Below, one piece after another: positions 36,173 through 41,850 of a stretch of 41,850 bases of DNA. The notes under the pieces were generated by a model, which was not told the DNA's origin, ran no database searches, and saw only the letters and a list, made by a program, of their open reading frames with translations. A program made the position numbers and the translations under genes. Every line of letters begins with the position of its first letter. The first letter of the stretch is position 1. The DNA is taken from positions 1 through 41,850 of IMG/VR virus record IMGVR_UViG_3300033067_001517; one strand, written 5' to 3'. This DNA comes from a virus (taxonomy: Duplodnaviria > Caudoviricetes).

Positions 36173-38215
36173 ATGCCCAAACCGACCACGGACGAAGACT
36201 ATCTACTTCCTTCAGAGGCAGAATGGTGGCGCGCAGAGGAGCTAGGCAAGCGCCCGGACGAGATTCTTGAGAACCTTGTCCGCCAGCTTGAGGACGACCA
36301 GCAGGCCCGTTACATGGCCTACCGTGAGTACGCGCGCCTGTTTGGCGCCGACCCGGACATGTTTGGCGACGGCGAGTCCTTTTCCGCGCTCTCTACCGAG
36401 TACGTCAGCCAAAACGAGCTTGGCAACACCATTGAGACTCTGCACGCCCAGATTTTCAAGAATCACATCGTTCCCGGCGTCAGTACGTCTGAGGCAGATT
36501 GGGAAGAGTGGCAGCGTGGCCTGGCTTATAGCCGTTGGCTTGAGGGAATCTTCGATGCTGGAGACGTGCATTACGACGCTGTCCCGCGCGCAGGCCTGGA
36601 CATGCTCATCTACGGCACCGGCTTCGTCAAGATTGGCCACGTCACCGACTCCGACAACTTCACCAAGCTGACCTACACGCGCGTTGACCCGCGCATGGTG
36701 CTTGTGGACCGCCTGGAAGCCCGCCACGGAAAGCCCAGGACCTTCTTCCAGAAGGACTTTGTGGACAAGTACCTGCTTGCGTCTCAGCATGCAAAGCACG
36801 GGCGTGGGGCCTACGTTCCTGAGGGAATGACACCCACTGAGGCTGCCAAGAATCGCGTTGAGAAGATTCTGGACTGTGGCCCTAACGCCGACGACGACAT
36901 GGCCCTTGGCTCACGCACCAAGTGCGAGATGCTGACCGTGCGTGAGGTGTGGCACCTTCCCACGAAGGACGGCAAGAAGGACGGACGGCACGTCATCTGG
37001 ATAAAGGGATGCACGCTCATCGATGAGCCGTTCTCCTGGGAGCGCTTCCCGTTCATGGTCATGCGCTTCGGGCACCGCCTGTCCGGGTACTACGGCGACA
37101 GCGCCGTCAAGCGCCTGGCGCCCACCCAGAAGCAGTTCGATAAGCTGAACAAGAAGATTGATGAGGCCCAGGACATCATGGGTGTTCCTCGCATCATCAT
37201 CGCCCGCGACTCTCACTTTGAGCGCACCCACCTGGATGACATTCCGGGCGGCGTCATTGAGACGGACAACGTCAACGGCATCAAGGACTGGAACGCCACG
37301 GCCATGGGGCCGGAGATTTACCAGGAGCGTGAGGCTGCCCCCCAGAAGATGCGGAGCCTGCTTGGTATCTCCGATTTTGACGTGCAGAACCAGCTTCCGT
37401 CGTCCATGCGTGAGATTAGCGGCCCGGCTCTTGAGCGCTGGGTTGACTCTGGCACGGCGCGTCACGCGATGACGCACGCGGAGCTAGAGCACGCCATGAT
37501 GGACCTTGCGTACCTGTCCATGGACTACGCCGCCGAGCTTGAGAAGGAAGGTAAGGACATAACCGTCACTGCGCCCGGCTCCAGCAAGAGCACCGTTGAG
37601 CTTCTGAAGTTCAGCGAGGTGAAGGTTGACCGGAAGCGCATGAAGCTCCGCGTTCAGCCGATGAGTCAGATGCCGCAGACGATTTCTGGGAAAATCGATG
37701 CGTTCAGCAAGCTCCGTGAGAACAACGACATCGATAAGCAGACTTACCTGAAGATGCTTGAGGTGCCGGATATTGCTCATGTGACTGACTTCCTTGGGTC
37801 TGACGAGGAGATTATCCTCAAGAACCTGTACTACATGGTGAAGAACGGCAAGTACATCCAGCCGCTTCAGTACGATAACCTGGACCTAATCGTCCCGCTG
37901 ACCACGGCCTTCATCAACCACTACCGCCTACGTGAGGACGCGGACATGGAGAAGGTTGGCATGCTGGCGCAGTACATCGAAGACGCAATCGCCCTGAAAG
38001 AAGGTCTTGGTGGCTCTGACCCGAATGCTCCGCCTCCGGCTCCGCCTATGGCACCTGTCCCGTTTACTGGTCCTAACGGGCTTCCTATTACGCCTCCTGA
38101 GGGTGCAGCGCCGATGGCACCGCCTGGTCCTCCGCCTGGTCCTGACATGGGAGGTGCACCTCCTGGTGGAGCGATGCCTCCTCCGCCTCCGGCTGGAGGG
38201 CCGCCGATGATGTAA
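36173..38215 (+). CDS. Portal protein
   Basis: 680 aa after terminase; DMLIYGTGFVKI and FPFMVMRF segments, Pro-rich C-terminal tail. Confidence 0.8.
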   Translation: MPKPTTDEDYLLPSEAEWWRAEELGKRPDEILENLVRQLEDDQQARYMAYREYARLFGADPDMFGDGESFSALSTEYVSQNELGNTIETLHAQIFKNHIVPGVSTSEADWEEWQRGLAYSRWLEGIFDAGDVHYDAVPRAGLDMLIYGTGFVKIGHVTDSDNFTKLTYTRVDPRMVLVDRLEARHGKPRTFFQKDFVDKYLLASQHAKHGRGAYVPEGMTPTEAAKNRVEKILDCGPNADDDMALGSRTKCEMLTVREVWHLPTKDGKKDGRHVIWIKGCTLIDEPFSWERFPFMVMRFGHRLSGYYGDSAVKRLAPTQKQFDKLNKKIDEAQDIMGVPRIIIARDSHFERTHLDDIPGGVIETDNVNGIKDWNATAMGPEIYQEREAAPQKMRSLLGISDFDVQNQLPSSMREISGPALERWVDSGTARHAMTHAELEHAMMDLAYLSMDYAAELEKEGKDITVTAPGSSKSTVELLKFSEVKVDRKRMKLRVQPMSQMPQTISGKIDAFSKLRENNDIDKQTYLKMLEVPDIAHVTDFLGSDEEIILKNLYYMVKNGKYIQPLQYDNLDLIVPLTTAFINHYRLREDADMEKVGMLAQYIEDAIALKEGLGGSDPNAPPPAPPMAPVPFTGPNGLPITPPEGAAPMAPPGPPPGPDMGGAPPGGAMPPPPPAGGPPMM

Positions 38216-38290
38216 TGGTTACCGACGAAGGTTGATGCCATGTCAGGTGACGTGGTCATATGTGTGTGAACTAGCAAAAGGATAGCTAAA

Positions 38291-39430
38291 ATGAGTGAAG
38301 TTGAGACTGAATCTGGAACAGTTACTTTTGTCGGCGGCCGTGCAGAGTCGCAGACTACCGAGGGCGAAGGCTCCGGTACCCCCGATGCAGAACGTGCAGC
38401 AGCTATTGCGGCTGTCAAGGAGGCACTGAAGGGTGAGGCTGCCAAGGCCGGTGAGAGCGCTGCCAAGGAAGCCAAGGCTGCCCGTGAGCAGGACCCGCTA
38501 CGGCCCCGTGGTGACACCACGCGCGATGCCAACGGCAAGTTCGTTGCCAAGCCGGCAGACCCCGATGGGGCCCCGGAGAAGCCTATCAAGAACGAGTCCG
38601 AGGAGGACGCCACTGCCCTGAAGCGGGTGCTCCAGGAGCGCAAGCAGATTGCGGCCACCAAGGCGGCCCAGCAGGCCGAGTTTACCCGCCAGCAGCAGCA
38701 GCTGCAGGCTTACGAGCGCCACCTTGCCCAGCAGCGGGCGGAGATTGAGCGTGACCGTAAGCGTTACGAGGTCATCAAGACCGACCCCGTCCGGGCCTTC
38801 CGTGAGAACGGGTGGGATCCGGAGTCGGTGATTCTTGACCTTGCCCGCGATGGCACGCCTGAGGGACAGGCCATGCGCGCACAGCGTGAGCTTCAGGCCC
38901 AGCTGAAGGAGATGCAGGACTGGAAGGCGGCCCAGGAGGCCCAGCGTGTGGAGGCTCAGCGTCAGGCAGAGGCCCGCGCGTGGGACCAGCGAAGGGCTCA
39001 GATTGAGCAGGAATTCGTTACTACGGCGCTGAATGAGGACAAGCACCCGCACCTAACCGCGTTCTACAAGGGGCATGAGGCCAGCCTTGTGGCGGAGGGC
39101 GATTCGGTCGCTGACCAGTACCGGGCACTAACCGGAAAAGAGGCAACGTCAACCGAGATTGCAGAATATCTTGAAGACCGCGCCGCGAAGTGGTACAAGA
39201 CAATGAGCAGTCGGAGTCAGGCTCCTTCTGCGGCAGGCCAACAGAACCGGCCGGTCGTCACGCAGGGTCGTCCCACCCAAGGCAGCGCAACGGGCAGAAC
39301 GCTTTCAGCCGATGACTCTTCCGAGCGCAGGTCGCTTGGGGCGAGCTTCAAAGACCTGGATGGCGATGAACGCCTGGCAGCAGCCAGGGATGCGGTTGGA
39401 GCAGCGCTCCGGGCATCCACGGAACGATAA
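38291..39430 (+). CDS. Capsid scaffolding protein
   Basis: Between portal and capsid; RDANGKF motif, Glu/Gln/Arg coiled coil. Confidence 0.7.
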   Translation: MSEVETESGTVTFVGGRAESQTTEGEGSGTPDAERAAAIAAVKEALKGEAAKAGESAAKEAKAAREQDPLRPRGDTTRDANGKFVAKPADPDGAPEKPIKNESEEDATALKRVLQERKQIAATKAAQQAEFTRQQQQLQAYERHLAQQRAEIERDRKRYEVIKTDPVRAFRENGWDPESVILDLARDGTPEGQAMRAQRELQAQLKEMQDWKAAQEAQRVEAQRQAEARAWDQRRAQIEQEFVTTALNEDKHPHLTAFYKGHEASLVAEGDSVADQYRALTGKEATSTEIAEYLEDRAAKWYKTMSSRSQAPSAAGQQNRPVVTQGRPTQGSATGRTLSADDSSERRSLGASFKDLDGDERLAAARDAVGAALRASTER

Positions 39431-39470
39431 AACCCTATTGGCCCATTGGGCCGCGTGAAAGAAAAAGACA

Positions 39471-40709
39471 ATGACCGCTACCGTAGCTGGCAGCCAGGCT
39501 GCCCTAAAGGTTCTCTACCCGAATGGGGAGATTCCTAAGTCCATCAACGAAATGTTCGTTCTCCACAAGCGTCTCAAGAAGGAGACTGACTTCGTGGGCG
39601 AGCTTGCATATGTTCCGATTCAGAATGCGAACCCCCAGGGCTCGTCCGCTGACTTCACCTTTGCCCAGCTGAACATTCAGCAGGGTAACTACCTACGCAT
39701 GGCGCTTACCCGCGTCCAGCATCACGGCATCGCCCGTATCACTGGCGAGGCGGCCGAGGCTGCGGTCAAGTCGGAGGGTGCGCTTGTTGACCTTTGGGAC
39801 AACGAGACCCGTGGTATTGCGACCACGGAGATGAGCACGCTTGCCACGTACCTCTACGGTACGGGCGACGGTGTCCTTGGGCGCGTTCTTTCGGGGTCGG
39901 CTACGACCACGATTACGCTCTACAGCACCGCGAACATGAACTACTTTGAGCTTGGGATGAGCCTCCGGTTCGTCAGCGCCACGGGCCTTTCGCCCACGGT
40001 GCGTGCCCTTGCTTCGGGTACCGTTCAGAGCGTTGTGACCGGTATCGACCGTCGCAACCGTACCCTGACCTTCGCGGTTGCTCCGGCGACCACGAACACG
40101 GCTGAGGCCGATAACGACTACATCGTTCGCTCCGGCGACCAGGCTAGCGCGGCTCGTACGGTCATCACCGGTCTTGACGAGTACGTCGCTGGTGGTGCCG
40201 CGCCGACCACGCTATACGGCCTTGTCCGCGCTGCGGACCCGGTCCGTCTTGCTGGTCAGTCGGTTGACTACAGCGGCTGGGCGATGGAGGACGCGGTTGT
40301 GGACGCCTCGGCGCAGGCCGGCTTCCAGGGTATCGGTTACCCGAACGTCCTTGTGGCGAACAACATCGAAATCGCCAACATGAAGAAGAGTCTTGGCAGC
40401 AAGATTATCTACAACGATGGCGGTGGCAAGGCCAAGCACTCCTTCAGTGGTATCTCCATTGAGGGTGAGAACGGCCCCATTGAGGTGGTTGCAGACCCGT
40501 TCTGCCCGCGTAACAAGGCATGGCTCCTAAAGCTGGACGCGTTCTCGCTGTTCAGCCTCAAGGCTGCGCCGCACCTCAACAAGTTCGACGGGATGGACTT
40601 CCTCCGTCGTCCGGATGCCGATGCGTACGAGGTTCGCTTCGTGTTCTACGGTAACCTGAAGTGCAAGAACCCTGGTCCGCACGTCAAGCTGACCAACTTC
40701 GGCCTCTAA
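39471..40709 (+). CDS. Major capsid protein
   Basis: 412 aa after scaffold; ITGL, VVADPFCP and FYGNLKCKNP patterns; biased codons. Confidence 0.8.
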   Translation: MTATVAGSQAALKVLYPNGEIPKSINEMFVLHKRLKKETDFVGELAYVPIQNANPQGSSADFTFAQLNIQQGNYLRMALTRVQHHGIARITGEAAEAAVKSEGALVDLWDNETRGIATTEMSTLATYLYGTGDGVLGRVLSGSATTTITLYSTANMNYFELGMSLRFVSATGLSPTVRALASGTVQSVVTGIDRRNRTLTFAVAPATTNTAEADNDYIVRSGDQASAARTVITGLDEYVAGGAAPTTLYGLVRAADPVRLAGQSVDYSGWAMEDAVVDASAQAGFQGIGYPNVLVANNIEIANMKKSLGSKIIYNDGGGKAKHSFSGISIEGENGPIEVVADPFCPRNKAWLLKLDAFSLFSLKAAPHLNKFDGMDFLRRPDADAYEVRFVFYGNLKCKNPGPHVKLTNFGL

Positions 40710-40719
40710 TAGGTGGACC

Positions 40720-41124
40720 ATGACTACGCCTAGCACTGCTACTCACACGAATGCTTCGGCTATCACGCCGGAGTTTACGATTCGTGCAATTTTCACTGGT
40801 GCGGGTGCGGCGGCTATGACCAAGGTGCGTGGCAAGGGGCTTACCAGCCCCGGAAACACGCGCCAGGGTGTTGGTCTCTACACCATTCAGATTGTGGGCA
40901 CCGGGGCTCAGGTCCTGGACGTTGAGGGTACGACTCACACCGCTGCGACGGTCACGCCGCAGAAGTGGAAGTACGTCCCCGGCAGCCTTGTCCGCAACAC
41001 GGCGACAGGCGCCGGCTCTATTCAGGTTGAGTGCTGGAACCTAGCTGCGGCTGCGCTTGCAGACCCGCCCGCTGCGTCCCAGGTCTCTCTTGAGATTACG
41101 TTTGCTTACAACGTGGTTGACTAA
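40720..41124 (+). CDS. Putative capsid decoration / minor head protein
   Basis: Thr/Ala-rich beta protein right after capsid. Confidence 0.5.
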   Translation: MTTPSTATHTNASAITPEFTIRAIFTGAGAAAMTKVRGKGLTSPGNTRQGVGLYTIQIVGTGAQVLDVEGTTHTAATVTPQKWKYVPGSLVRNTATGAGSIQVECWNLAAAALADPPAASQVSLEITFAYNVVD

Positions 41125-41354
41125 TGGGTAAGATTAGCGACGCCATCGGGTTTGATATTCCGATGGGTAAGTCCAGCAAGATGGGTGACATGGAGAGTCC
41201 TGAGGAGGATGCCACGGAGCCCGGCGAGGAACCTGGCGAGGAGGCTGGCGGAGAGGCCGGCGTCCTTGCGATGAAGCAGTTCTCCAGGGCCGCAAGCCCT
41301 GAGGACAAGGCGAAAGCCCTCTACAGCTTCATGCAGGCGTGCGGCGTGTGCTAA
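41124..41354 (+). CDS. Small acidic hypothetical protein
   Basis: TAATG-coupled, 76 aa. Confidence 0.55.
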   Translation: MGKISDAIGFDIPMGKSSKMGDMESPEEDATEPGEEPGEEAGGEAGVLAMKQFSRAASPEDKAKALYSFMQACGVC

Positions 41355-41382
41355 GGAAAAACCCTAGCTAGCAGGGACAACC

Positions 41383-41422
41383 GGGGAGGGGCGCTAGACA
41401 TGAGCCCCTCCCCTTTTTCTTT
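41383..41422 (+). terminator. Intrinsic terminator after head genes
   Basis: GGGGAGGGGC-loop-GCCCCTCCCC followed by TTTTTCTTT. Confidence 0.8.
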
Positions 41423-41436
41423 GGTATACTGACCAC

Positions 41437-41850
41437 ATGAGCCGCGCCGTACTAGCCTCTGCAATGCTAACCCGACTCCGTTCCATGACGGACACGGTGA
41501 ATAACACCCACATCACCGACACGGAGGGGTACACGGCTCTAACGTCCGCCGTTGCAGATACGTGGGACAAGATTCTGTCCTCTGGAACGGGAGATTTCTT
41601 CGTCAAGAAGGTCACGTTCAACACTGCGGCAGGAACCAAGGAGTACGCCCTGGCGACCATCTGCCCGGACGGCGACTTCTTCAAGGTCCACCAGGTGCTT
41701 GTGGATGAGGGTCAGGGTCTACAGCGGCCCATTACCCGCATCAACCCCTACGAGGAGCAGGCCTACCGAGCCCCGGTAAGCGCCCTCCCCATGATTCTGT
41801 ACTACGTCCCGTGCGCCCCCGTATGGACGACCGGGTCTGAGAGCTTCGAT
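41437..41850 (+). CDS. N-terminal part of putative head-tail adaptor (continues at base 1)
   Basis: ATG 41437, 138 codons open to the end (MSRAVLASAMLTRLRSMTD...GTKEYAL...SESFD). Confidence 0.7.
   Translation, partial: MSRAVLASAMLTRLRSMTDTVNNTHITDTEGYTALTSAVADTWDKILSSGTGDFFVKKVTFNTAAGTKEYALATICPDGDFFKVHQVLVDEGQGLQRPITRINPYEEQAYRAPVSALPMILYYVPCAPVWTTGSESFD

Noticed and set aside
38020-38215. Repetitive CCTCCG-rich DNA
   Set aside because: Explained by the Pro-rich low-complexity tail of the portal protein
1-41850. Prophage / integration module, reverse transcriptase or DGR
   Set aside because: No integrase, repressor, host flanks, RT motifs or TR/VR pair recognised

Overview
The window looks like a complete, circularly closed ~41.85 kb genome of a GC-rich tailed dsDNA phage, probably podovirus-like. 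The ORF running off the right end (41437-41850) continues in frame into base 1. Modules: (i) packaging and head genes (terminase large, portal, scaffold, major capsid; 34.3-41.4 kb); (ii) tail and putative internal virion proteins (41.4 kb to 13.7 kb), then a metzincin lipoprotein, membrane proteins and an endonuclease VII; (iii) a minus-strand block ending in a GH25 lysozyme (15.4-18.2 kb); (iv) a replication/recombination operon (N-terminally truncated DnaB, VRR-NUC, ERF, SSB, PD-(D/E)XK nuclease; 18.3-23.2 kb); (v) a largely non-coding, motif-rich accessory region (23.2-29.1 kb) with an amidoligase plus class-II glutamine amidotransferase pair, a hairpin-rich leader, several repeated motifs and a dense two-orientation array of sigma-54-type -24/-12 motifs next to a G-run; (vi) small genes, HNH, GNAT and a tRNA cluster (Leu-TAG, Met-CAT, Tyr-GTA, plus tRNA-Glu-like halves in permuted order). 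I recognised no integrase, repressor, primase, DNA polymerase or RNA polymerase. A myxobacterial (Myxococcota) host is only a guess. All protein calls are by-eye motif recognition and gene order, not database searches.
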